IMG/VR virus record: IMGVR_UViG_3300025674_000023
Location: 1-64,000 of that record
Reading direction: 5' to 3' (one strand)
Length of the DNA: 64,000 bases
Source of the DNA: a virus
Numbering within the stretch: position 1 is the stretch's first letter; every line of letters begins with the position of its first letter. Shown piece after piece: positions 10,309 to 18,653 of this stretch. Both the position numbers and the translations under genes were made by a program. Below the pieces are notes generated by a model. It had not been told where the DNA came from and ran no database searches. It saw only the letters and a program-made list of their open reading frames with translations.

Positions 10309-10977
10309 ATGAAAACTTTTAATCAGTTTTGTGATGATGCAAATATTAATGAATTTTGGAATCCATTTGCATCCAAACCAAAACCACCAAAACCAAAACC
10401 AAAAGGTGATGTAAAAGTTTTAGCATATAAAAATTATAAATCTGGAGAATTAAATAAAACAACAGGTGAATTTACGCCAAGATCACATACTCCATCTGAA
10501 AAAGCAAGATATGGATGGAAACCTGTTAATACAAGTTCTTACGGACCCAAAGATACAACTTCTCAATCATATAATACTGGTAGAGATAAAGTTCAGAGAA
10601 CTGCTGATGGAACTCCATTTTCAGGTTCTACACGAGGTGTAGCTGTTCCTTATAAGTATAAAAAAAATGAAGTTCCAAAAGGTGAATGGGCAGGAACTCC
10701 ATCCAGAAAATTTGGATCTAAAGTAACATTTACTCAAAAACCAATGGGAACTGGTACAAGAAGTATCATAACCCAAGTAAAAGATACTGGCAATTTCGGA
10801 CCTGCTGGAGCAGTTAATCGTTCTACAAGTTTTGATTTGATGAGACAAACTGCAAGAGACTTGACTGGCAATCCAAAATTGACACCGACTCAATATGGAA
10901 AAAGAAAAGTTTATGTAAAATTGACTGAACCAACTAAATATGTTGCTCCTCATGGCGTAGGTCCGGTTATTAAATAA
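10309..10977 (+). CDS. basic protein with C-terminal RlpA-like double-psi beta-barrel (putative lytic transglycosylase fold)
   Basis: RTADGTPF...FGSKVTFT...TQVKDTG...SFDLMRQTARDL resembles the RlpA pattern TASGE..FGTxVxVT..VxINDRG..IDLSxAAAxxL; N-term MKTFNQF. Confidence 0.55.
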   Translation: MKTFNQFCDDANINEFWNPFASKPKPPKPKPKGDVKVLAYKNYKSGELNKTTGEFTPRSHTPSEKARYGWKPVNTSSYGPKDTTSQSYNTGRDKVQRTADGTPFSGSTRGVAVPYKYKKNEVPKGEWAGTPSRKFGSKVTFTQKPMGTGTRSIITQVKDTGNFGPAGAVNRSTSFDLMRQTARDLTGNPKLTPTQYGKRKVYVKLTEPTKYVAPHGVGPVIK

Positions 10978-11001
10978 TAGTTCCAATACAAGTAAAAAAC
11001 T

Positions 11002-11550
11002 ATGGCAACATCTTTTGACAAGCAGATACAAAATAGAAATTTTTTATCTCCTGTTGGATTTAAATTTCATCTCTCAAAGTATCCTAAAGTTTCATTCTTT
11101 TGCAATTCTACAAAAATTCCAGAAATTTCATTTTCAACTATTTCGCAATCCACTTATTTAAAAGATATTGATATTCCTGGAGGAAAAATTCAATATGGAG
11201 ATTTAAATTTAAGATTTTTAGTTGATGAAAATATGGAAAATTATGCATTAATTCATAATTGGATAACTGGTTTAGGTTTTCCAGAATCAACAGAACAATT
11301 TGGAAATTTTATTACAAATGATGATGGAATAAAAGATTATAAGGAACAATTTAGTGATGGAAGTCTACATATTTTAAATAGTAATTTTAATACCGTATCA
11401 ATTGTAAAATTTAAAGATTTATTTCCAACTTCATTATCATCATTAGATTTCCAAACATCTGATACTGATATCAATTACTTTACAGCAGAAGCATCTTTCA
11501 AGTATACTATCTACAATATATTAGCATCTGACGGTAGAACACCCTTATGA
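11002..11550 (+). CDS. gp3: tail completion / tube terminator protein
   Basis: NRNFLSPVGFKF, FLVDENMENY motifs; usual gp23-gp3-uvsY-uvsW order. Confidence 0.88.
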   Translation: MATSFDKQIQNRNFLSPVGFKFHLSKYPKVSFFCNSTKIPEISFSTISQSTYLKDIDIPGGKIQYGDLNLRFLVDENMENYALIHNWITGLGFPESTEQFGNFITNDDGIKDYKEQFSDGSLHILNSNFNTVSIVKFKDLFPTSLSSLDFQTSDTDINYFTAEASFKYTIYNILASDGRTPL

Positions 11551-11978
11551 ATCTTGAACAAATTCAGGAGATGTGGGAGAGGGATTCTTTCATAGATCCA
11601 GATAACTTACATGATGAATCACTTAAAATACCTCAACTTCACTCTAAATACTATACCATATATAATACGATTACTCTTTTAAGAGAAAAGGCAAGAGAGT
11701 CTTTTAATCGTGTGAGATTGGAAAGATATAATTATTATGCAGGTAAAGCACCTGCAGAAGTGTATGAAGAAGATCCATTTCCTTATAAGATAAGAGAAAA
11801 AGATGTGCTTCAACGCTATCTTGATGCTGATGAAAGATTAACAGCAGTAGATTTAAAAATTAAATATTACGATACTATGTTAAAGTTTCTTGAAGAGATT
11901 ATTAAGAATATCTCCAATAGAACTTTTCAAATTAAAAATGCAATCGAGTGGCACAGGTTCCAAGCAGGGTTTAACTAA
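11547..11978 (+). CDS. uvsY: recombination mediator UvsY
   Basis: KIPQLHSKY, RTFQIKNAIEW; synteny. Confidence 0.9.
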   Translation: MNLEQIQEMWERDSFIDPDNLHDESLKIPQLHSKYYTIYNTITLLREKARESFNRVRLERYNYYAGKAPAEVYEEDPFPYKIREKDVLQRYLDADERLTAVDLKIKYYDTMLKFLEEIIKNISNRTFQIKNAIEWHRFQAGFN

Positions 11979-12172
11979 TGGATGAAGAATCCAAGTTTAT
12001 AATGGATTTTAGTATAGAAGATATTCATCTTTTATACGATTGTGTTTGTAAAAGAATAGAAACCTGGGAGGGATATCCTTCCAGGCATCCATTTGAGCAG
12101 GAGCATCTAAATTACCTCAGAACAGAATTATATAAGGCAGTTTTAGATTTCAAGTTTAATTGTGGAGAATAA
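11978..12172 (+). CDS. hypothetical protein
   Basis: Coupled start/stop with uvsY; fills gap to uvsW. Confidence 0.7.
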   Translation: MDEESKFIMDFSIEDIHLLYDCVCKRIETWEGYPSRHPFEQEHLNYLRTELYKAVLDFKFNCGE

Positions 12173-12198
12173 ATACTTGTAATTAATATTATGAGTAT

Positions 12199-13662
12199 AT
12201 GTCTCATTTGATTATTCAAAAGAAGAACGAAGTATATTTAACAGTAAAGGCAGATCCTCACGTCTATTATGAACTTGCAGATCAGTTCACGTTTGAGGTT
12301 CCTGGTGCAAAATTTATGCCTCAATTCCGTAGCAGACATTGGGATGGAAAAATTAGATTATTTAACGTTCAAAACGGCGAAGTATATGTTGGATTATTAG
12401 ATAAAGTTACTCAATTTTGCAAAGATCATAATTATACTTTTGAATTTGTAGATAATAAGTTTTATGGTCTTCCTTTTGAATCTAATGAAATGATTTCAAA
12501 AGAAGGTGTAAAAGATTATATGAAATCTATATGCAAATATTCTCCAAGGGATTATCAAGTAGAAGGTGTTTACGACGCCCTAAAACATAATAGAAAGTTA
12601 TTGATATCCCCAACTGCTTCGGGAAAGTCATTGATGATATACTCGATTGTGAGATATCACGTTGAGCGAGAACAAAATATTCTGATAGTCGTTCCAACGA
12701 CTTCCCTAGTAGAACAGATGTATAAAGATTTTGAAGACTATGGTTGGGATGTGGGTTCATTTTGCCACAAAATATACGCAGGAAGAGAAAGAGAGACAGA
12801 TTCGCAGGTGATTATCACTACCTGGCAATCTATATACAAACTTCCACGCCAATATTTTTCAAGATTTAATGTGGTTGTTGGGGATGAAGCACACCAGTTT
12901 AAATCAAAGTCTCTTATATCTATAATGTCAAAACTTGCTGATGCAAAGTATCGTTATGGATTTACAGGCACATTAGACGGAACACAAACTCATAAATGGG
13001 TGTTGGAAGGTCTTTTTGGTCCTTCTTATAAAATTATAAAAACAGATGAATTGATGAAAAAGGGGCATGTTGCTCAATTAGATATCAATGTGCTTCTATT
13101 GAAACATCCAGCACATAAATTTGAAAATTTTGAAGAAGAAGTTCAGTATATCATAAATCATGAACGAAGAAACAAATTTATTCGAAATCTTGCTCTCGAT
13201 CTTAAAGGTAATACTCTTATTCTATTCTCCAGAGTAGAAGGTCATGGTCAACCTTTATATGAAATGATAAATAGCAATAGGATTGATGATCGACATGTCT
13301 TTTTTGTTCATGGTGGAGTGGCAACAGAAGACAGAGAAAAAGTAAGAGAGATTACAGAGAAAGAGAATGATGCGATTATTGTTGCATCTTATGGAACATT
13401 CTCTACTGGCATTAACATTAAAAACTTACACAATGTTATTTTTGCTTCTCCTTCTAAGTCAAGGATTAGAAATCTCCAATCAATTGGGAGAGTTCTCAGA
13501 AAAGGAAATAACAAAACAAAAGCAACGTTATATGATATTGCCGACGACATTTCCTATAAGTCTAGAAAAAATTATACTTTAAATCATCTAATCGAAAGAA
13601 TTAAAGTTTATAATGAAGAAAATTTTAATTACGACATAGTAAACATACCGCTTAAAAATTAA
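12199..13662 (+). CDS. uvsW: SF2 DNA helicase UvsW
   Basis: SPTASGKS, DEAH, TGT, QSIGRVLR motifs. Confidence 0.96.
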   Translation: MSHLIIQKKNEVYLTVKADPHVYYELADQFTFEVPGAKFMPQFRSRHWDGKIRLFNVQNGEVYVGLLDKVTQFCKDHNYTFEFVDNKFYGLPFESNEMISKEGVKDYMKSICKYSPRDYQVEGVYDALKHNRKLLISPTASGKSLMIYSIVRYHVEREQNILIVVPTTSLVEQMYKDFEDYGWDVGSFCHKIYAGRERETDSQVIITTWQSIYKLPRQYFSRFNVVVGDEAHQFKSKSLISIMSKLADAKYRYGFTGTLDGTQTHKWVLEGLFGPSYKIIKTDELMKKGHVAQLDINVLLLKHPAHKFENFEEEVQYIINHERRNKFIRNLALDLKGNTLILFSRVEGHGQPLYEMINSNRIDDRHVFFVHGGVATEDREKVREITEKENDAIIVASYGTFSTGINIKNLHNVIFASPSKSRIRNLQSIGRVLRKGNNKTKATLYDIADDISYKSRKNYTLNHLIERIKVYNEENFNYDIVNIPLKN

Positions 13663-13663
13663 T

Positions 13664-14074
13664 ATGGGAGATGAATTTTACGCAATAATAAAATTAGTTT
13701 CTGGGGAAGAAATTCTATCAATAGTTGCTACTGATGATAATGGTGGAAATCCAGTTTTAATTTTGCAAAATCCAGTAATAATAAAATTAATACAAGGTAA
13801 AATGGGAACCATAGCTAAAGTAAAGCCATGGATTGAACTTTCTAATGATGATTTTTATATAGTTAATTTTGATAAAATTATTACTATGACAGAACTTGAA
13901 GATATGAATTTAATTTCAATATATGATGAATATATATCTGATGATAATAAATCTAGACCAGAGTCACCAGGACGTGTAAAGCCAGATTCAAAGATGGGAT
14001 ATATATCTTCAGTAGAAGATGCACGTAAAAGACTAGAAGATATATTTAAACTTAAAGATAATAAAGAAAGCTAA
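13664..14074 (+). CDS. conserved hypothetical protein (Sm-like pattern IKLVSGEEI)
   Basis: ORF between uvsW and gp55. Confidence 0.75.
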   Translation: MGDEFYAIIKLVSGEEILSIVATDDNGGNPVLILQNPVIIKLIQGKMGTIAKVKPWIELSNDDFYIVNFDKIITMTELEDMNLISIYDEYISDDNKSRPESPGRVKPDSKMGYISSVEDARKRLEDIFKLKDNKES

Positions 14075-14101
14075 ATCTCATCCTTCAAACCCAACAAAGG
14101 T

Positions 14102-14130
14102 ATTCTAGCGATATTTTGATTACTTGTCAA
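14102..14130 (-). promoter_or_regulatory. antisense sigma70-type promoter
   Basis: Minus strand reads TTGACA-17 nt-TAGAAT (plus strand ATTCTA 14102-14107, TGTCAA 14125-14130). Confidence 0.6.
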
Positions 14131-14152
14131 GTCTTTCTCAGTATGATAAAAT
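14124..14152 (+). promoter_or_regulatory. sigma70-type promoter for gp55
   Basis: TTGTCA-17 nt-TAAAAT with TG extension. Confidence 0.55.
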
Positions 14153-14187
14153 AAAAATAACCTATTAGATTAATAAAAAATGTCGCT

Positions 14188-14712
14188 ATGCCAAGAAAAA
14201 AGACAGAGCATTATGTTAACAATAAAGAGTTGTTGGAGGCAATGATCGTTTACCGTACAAAGGTCGAAAAGAAATATAAAGAGATATACGGCAAAGATTT
14301 ACGAGAACAACCAAAGGAAGAAAGAGCACGAAGATGGGATGGTAAACCACCCATTCCAAATTATCTTGGAGATTGTTTTTTAAAGATTGCAACTCACTTA
14401 TCATATAAACCAAACTTTGTAAATTATATGTTTCGTGAGGATATGATTTCAGATGGAATCGAAAATTGCGTTCAATATATTCATAATTTTGATCCTGAAA
14501 AATCCAAAAATCCTTTTGCTTACTTTACGCAGATCATTCATTATGCTTTTCTCCGTAGAATCCAAAAAGAGAAAAAGCAACTTGACATTAAAACCAAAAT
14601 TATTGAAAAGACGGGTTTTGATGAAGTCATGATGGTTGATGACAGTTTGCTTTCTGGGCATAGTTCAGACTACAACACCATTAAAGATAATATTCAATAT
14701 AGAAACCGATGA
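14188..14712 (+). CDS. gp55: late transcription sigma factor
   Basis: HYVNNKE, EDMISDGIENC, NPFAYFTQIIHYAFLRRI. Confidence 0.96.
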   Translation: MPRKKTEHYVNNKELLEAMIVYRTKVEKKYKEIYGKDLREQPKEERARRWDGKPPIPNYLGDCFLKIATHLSYKPNFVNYMFREDMISDGIENCVQYIHNFDPEKSKNPFAYFTQIIHYAFLRRIQKEKKQLDIKTKIIEKTGFDEVMMVDDSLLSGHSSDYNTIKDNIQYRNR

Positions 14713-15746
14713 GCAAAGTAGCAATTTTAAGTGACACACATTTCGGCGCCAGAAAAGGTTCAAAGTTTCTTCATGATTACTTTGAACTTTTCTACAAAAA
14801 TGTCTTCTTCCCTGCTCTAAAGGAACATGGCGTAGAAACTGTGATTCATATGGGAGATGCTTTTGATAGTCGAAAGTCAATTGACTACCAAAGCCTTGAG
14901 TGGGCAAAAAGAGTTGTATTTGATCCACTTAAAGAGTATGATGTTCACATGATTATTGGTAATCATGATACTTATTATAAAAATACCAATGATGTAAATT
15001 CTCCAGACCTTCTTCTTCAAATTTATTCGAATGTTAAAACATACAGCAAAGCGACAGAAGTTAACATTGGAGGATTGGATATTTTATTTCTACCTTGGAT
15101 TAATTCGGAAAATGAAAGTGAAACCTATCAACTTATTCAAAAGACATCTTGCAAGTGTGCGATGGGGCACCTTGAGCTCCAAGGATTTAGAGTTAATCGA
15201 CAAATCATCATGGAGCATGGTACTGACGGCAAGTTATTTGAGAACTTCACCAGAGTCTACAGCGGTCACTACCACACTAGATCAGATGACGGAAAGGTCT
15301 TCTATCTAGGAAATCCTTATGAGATGTATTGGAATGATGTAAATGATCCAAGAGGATTTCATATTTTTGATACAGAAACCCTAGAACACACCACAATCGA
15401 TAATCCTTATAAGTTATTTTATAATATTTACTATGAGGATACGAACTATAAACTTTTCAATGCCTCTGAATTTAAAGATAAGATTGTAAAGGTTATTGTT
15501 CGTAAAAAATCAAAACCAAAAGACTTTGAAAAGTTTATTGATAAGATTCACTCTGCCGGTGTTCAAGAACTTAAAATTGTAGAAAACTTTGCCATTCAGG
15601 AATCTGAAGATTTTGAAATTAGTGAAGAAGAAAGTACAATTTCTATCTTGAATAGATATATTGATGAGTCGGAGTTCGAATATAATAAGACTACAATTAA
15701 AGGTATATTTGAAGACTTATATAGACAAGCTTGCGAAGTAGAATAA
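14709..15746 (+). CDS. gp47: recombination endonuclease subunit (Mre11-like)
   Basis: DTHFG, GDAFD, GNHD, GHYH phosphoesterase motifs. Confidence 0.95.
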   Translation: MSKVAILSDTHFGARKGSKFLHDYFELFYKNVFFPALKEHGVETVIHMGDAFDSRKSIDYQSLEWAKRVVFDPLKEYDVHMIIGNHDTYYKNTNDVNSPDLLLQIYSNVKTYSKATEVNIGGLDILFLPWINSENESETYQLIQKTSCKCAMGHLELQGFRVNRQIIMEHGTDGKLFENFTRVYSGHYHTRSDDGKVFYLGNPYEMYWNDVNDPRGFHIFDTETLEHTTIDNPYKLFYNIYYEDTNYKLFNASEFKDKIVKVIVRKKSKPKDFEKFIDKIHSAGVQELKIVENFAIQESEDFEISEEESTISILNRYIDESEFEYNKTTIKGIFEDLYRQACEVE

Positions 15747-16021
15747 TGTGGCTTCTTACACTTAAAGGTAGAAAAGATGACGGAGCATATGCCGTTTATG
15801 ATAGTAAAGGAGGTAAGGTTTTATTTCTTTTTAAAGAAGAAGATGATGCTGTTCGATATGCTTTAATGCTTGAAGATGAAGATGAAAAAGAATATGAAGT
15901 TGTAGAAGTTGATGACGAATTGGCTATAAAAACTTGTATTTTGTATAATTACAAATACTCTATAATTACTCCAAATGACATTGTAATACCACCTAAGAAT
16001 GATAAACTTCAAGAAGATTAA
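15746..16021 (+). CDS. hypothetical protein
   Basis: ATG overlaps gp47 stop; FKEEDDAVRYALML motif. Confidence 0.75.
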   Translation: MWLLTLKGRKDDGAYAVYDSKGGKVLFLFKEEDDAVRYALMLEDEDEKEYEVVEVDDELAIKTCILYNYKYSIITPNDIVIPPKNDKLQED

Positions 16022-17708
16022 ATGGAAAAACTTTTTAAGCACGGGTAATCACTGGACAGAGATTGATTTTCAAAAGAGTGCTACAAACTTAATCATTGGA
16101 ACAAATGGCGCGGGCAAGTCTACTATGCTAGATGCCCTCACTTTTGTTTTATTTAATAAACCATTCCGTAAGATTAACAAACCTCAACTTGTTAATACGA
16201 CAAATGAAAGAGATTGTCTTGTAGAAATTGAGTTTAGTGTAAACAATAAGGAATACTTAGTTCGTCGTGGAATCAAACCAAATGTGTTTGATATTGAAGT
16301 CAACGGAGTTGCTCTTCATAAAGAGGCAGATGACCGTGCTAATCAACGCATTCTTGAAGAGAACATTCTAAAAGTAAACTACAAATCATTTACTCAGATT
16401 GTAATTTTAGGTAGTAGTAATTTTGTTCCCTTCATGCAGTTGAATAGCGCAAATCGTCGAGAGGTTATTGAAGATCTTTTGGATATTCGCATATTCTCTG
16501 CAATGAATAATTTGCTCAAGGATAAGATGAGAAATCTTAAGGAGCAGATTAAGTCACTTGATTTGAAGAAAGAAAACTTAAAAGATAAAGTCAAGATGCA
16601 GAAAGACTTTATTGAAGAACTTGAGAATCGCGGGAATGCCAATATAAATGCCAACAAAGAAAAGATTGCCAAGTTAGATGGAGAAGTTGGCATTTATATT
16701 GAGGAGAATACAGGAACAGAAGAGACTATTCATAGTCTCACAAAGGAACAGGAAGAAGTTATTGGTGCAGGTGATAAGTTAGTAAAACTAAACAATCTCA
16801 AAGGTAAATTGTCTCAAAAGGTAGGTACAATTACCAAAGAACACATGTTTTTTACCGAAAATTCGGTATGCCCTACATGCACTCAGGATATAGAAGAAGA
16901 GTTTCGATTAAATAGAATTACAGACGCTCAAAATAAAGCAAAGGAGCTTCAACAAGGATACAAAGAACTTGAAGAAGCAATTAAAGTTGAAAAGGAGAGA
17001 GAGCGTCAATTCATTGCACTTTCAAAGGAGATTACTGAACTCAATAATGGCATTTCTCAAAACAATACTCGGATTAGTTTCAATCAGAGACAAATCAGAG
17101 ATCTTGAACATGAAATTCAAACTATTACCAATCAGTTACAAAACCGAAATACTGAACATGAGAAATTAGATGAGTTTCAAGAAGGTCTTCAAAAAACGTT
17201 TGAAGACCTGAGTAATAAGAAGGAGCAAATGCTAAACTATGAATTCTCTTATTCCCTCCTTAAAGATGATGGAGTCAAGACTAAAATCATTAAAAAGTAT
17301 TTGCCCTTCATTAATCAACAGGTTAATCGATATTTGCAGTTGATGGATTTTTACATCAACTTTTATCTTGATGAAGAGTTCAATGAAACTATAAAATCTC
17401 CTATTCATGAGGATTTTTCATATTCTTCATTCAGCGAAGGTGAAAAGATGCGTATTGATCTTGCGCTACTTTTTACTTGGCGGGAAGTTGCCAGATTGAA
17501 GAATTCTGTAAATACAAACCTTCTTATTATGGATGAAGTTTTTGACTCATCTTTAGATGGATTTGGAACAGATGAGTTTCTCAAAATTATTCGCTTTGTC
17601 ATCAAAGACGCTAATATATTTGTCATCTCTCATAAGACAGGATTGGAAGATAAGTTTGGAGAAGTAATTCGATTTGACAAAGTGAAAGGATTTAGTAGAA
17701 TGATCTAA
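15999..17708 (+). CDS. gp46: recombination ATPase subunit (Rad50/SbcC-like)
   Basis: GTNGAGKS, CPTC zinc hook, FSEGE signature, LIMDEVFD. Confidence 0.96.
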   Translation: MINFKKIKWKNFLSTGNHWTEIDFQKSATNLIIGTNGAGKSTMLDALTFVLFNKPFRKINKPQLVNTTNERDCLVEIEFSVNNKEYLVRRGIKPNVFDIEVNGVALHKEADDRANQRILEENILKVNYKSFTQIVILGSSNFVPFMQLNSANRREVIEDLLDIRIFSAMNNLLKDKMRNLKEQIKSLDLKKENLKDKVKMQKDFIEELENRGNANINANKEKIAKLDGEVGIYIEENTGTEETIHSLTKEQEEVIGAGDKLVKLNNLKGKLSQKVGTITKEHMFFTENSVCPTCTQDIEEEFRLNRITDAQNKAKELQQGYKELEEAIKVEKERERQFIALSKEITELNNGISQNNTRISFNQRQIRDLEHEIQTITNQLQNRNTEHEKLDEFQEGLQKTFEDLSNKKEQMLNYEFSYSLLKDDGVKTKIIKKYLPFINQQVNRYLQLMDFYINFYLDEEFNETIKSPIHEDFSYSSFSEGEKMRIDLALLFTWREVARLKNSVNTNLLIMDEVFDSSLDGFGTDEFLKIIRFVIKDANIFVISHKTGLEDKFGEVIRFDKVKGFSRMI

Positions 17709-17738
17709 ATACCATTAGTATCATGGACACTTTTAATT

Positions 17739-17936
17739 ATGGGATACATACCTTATTCACCTGAATGGCATAGATATCGTTATCTTAAGGAATCGATAGA
17801 TAAATATCTAGATGATGGCATAGAACCTACTTCTATAATGAATGATATTAGGCATATACTTCATGTAAGATCTGAAGTTGCTTATCAGGAGTTCAATAGA
17901 ATCAATCAACTAGAGCACCATCTCTCGGAAGAATAA
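17739..17936 (+). CDS. hypothetical protein
   Basis: ORF in + strand operon. Confidence 0.65.
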   Translation: MGYIPYSPEWHRYRYLKESIDKYLDDGIEPTSIMNDIRHILHVRSEVAYQEFNRINQLEHHLSEE

Positions 17937-17937
17937 T

Positions 17938-18252
17938 ATGCTTTCCACCCAATACAGACTTCGGTTAGAGTTTATTTGTAAATGCATCGCAAATAAGCAG
18001 GAAGTCAAACTAGAAGATATGATATGGGCAGAAAAACTTGCGAAGGCAAATACTTCTGCCAGAGAAATGTTAAACAAAGCCCGTCGTCATGCTGCTCATG
18101 ATATTGAGGAGGGTAGTATGGATGATTTTATGAATAGGATGGGATTAGGAGACCCCGACCCATCCAATTACAAAACGGGGTTTAATGGTGCTGATGATAT
18201 TCACGATTGGTTTAAGCAAGATAAATCTGACGATTGGCGTCAGCGTGATTAA
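17938..18252 (+). CDS. conserved hypothetical protein
   Basis: MLSTQYRLRLEFIC...GLGDPDPSN, a cyanophage-type small ORF. Confidence 0.75.
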   Translation: MLSTQYRLRLEFICKCIANKQEVKLEDMIWAEKLAKANTSAREMLNKARRHAAHDIEEGSMDDFMNRMGLGDPDPSNYKTGFNGADDIHDWFKQDKSDDWRQRD

Positions 18253-18402
18253 AAGTTAAGAGATTTTGAGTTAAGTTAAAAAAACATATAACTTCATTAA
18301 AAACACGAAATGTTTTGAAATTCACACTATATACGATAGAATGATGGGGTAAACCAAATGATCTGAAATTTTTTTATTATTTGATCTATGTGCGTGGAGG
18401 TT

Positions 18403-18576
18403 ATGATGCACAATCTAATTTCATATAATCAACTTGCGGGTTGGAAACAATTCGAGGAAGTAGTTGATGGGTGTAATGAGCAGTTAGATAGAGTTAATGA
18501 TTATTTCGATTGTCTTATCGAGTGCGATGAAAATCGCGGAGTCTGTAAACGCATTTGTGGGGAATTGCTAAAATGA
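18403..18576 (+). CDS. small Cys-containing hypothetical protein
   Basis: GGAGG RBS before ATGATG at 18403; YFDCLIECD...CKRIC. Confidence 0.7.
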   Translation: MMHNLISYNQLAGWKQFEEVVDGCNEQLDRVNDYFDCLIECDENRGVCKRICGELLK

Positions 18577-18600
18577 GTCTAGTATAAAAAGTGTCATTAA

Positions 18601-18634
18601 GGGGAGGTCTTTTGACCTCCTTTTTTTATAAATA
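18601..18634 (+). terminator. intrinsic terminator fused to late promoter
   Basis: GGAGGTC-TTTT-GACCTCC plus T-run running into TATAAATA. Confidence 0.85.
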
Positions 18635-18653
18635 ATTAAAAACTATTTGTAAA

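Noticed and set aside
18249-18300. TTAA repeats as a Pho box
   Set aside because: Spacing is irregular, the region is very AT-rich and no phosphate gene follows.
18403-18576. CP12 assignment for the small Cys-rich ORF
   Set aside because: Lacks the CP12 AWD.VEEL core and the C-terminal C-x8-C-x-x-Y/F-D pattern.
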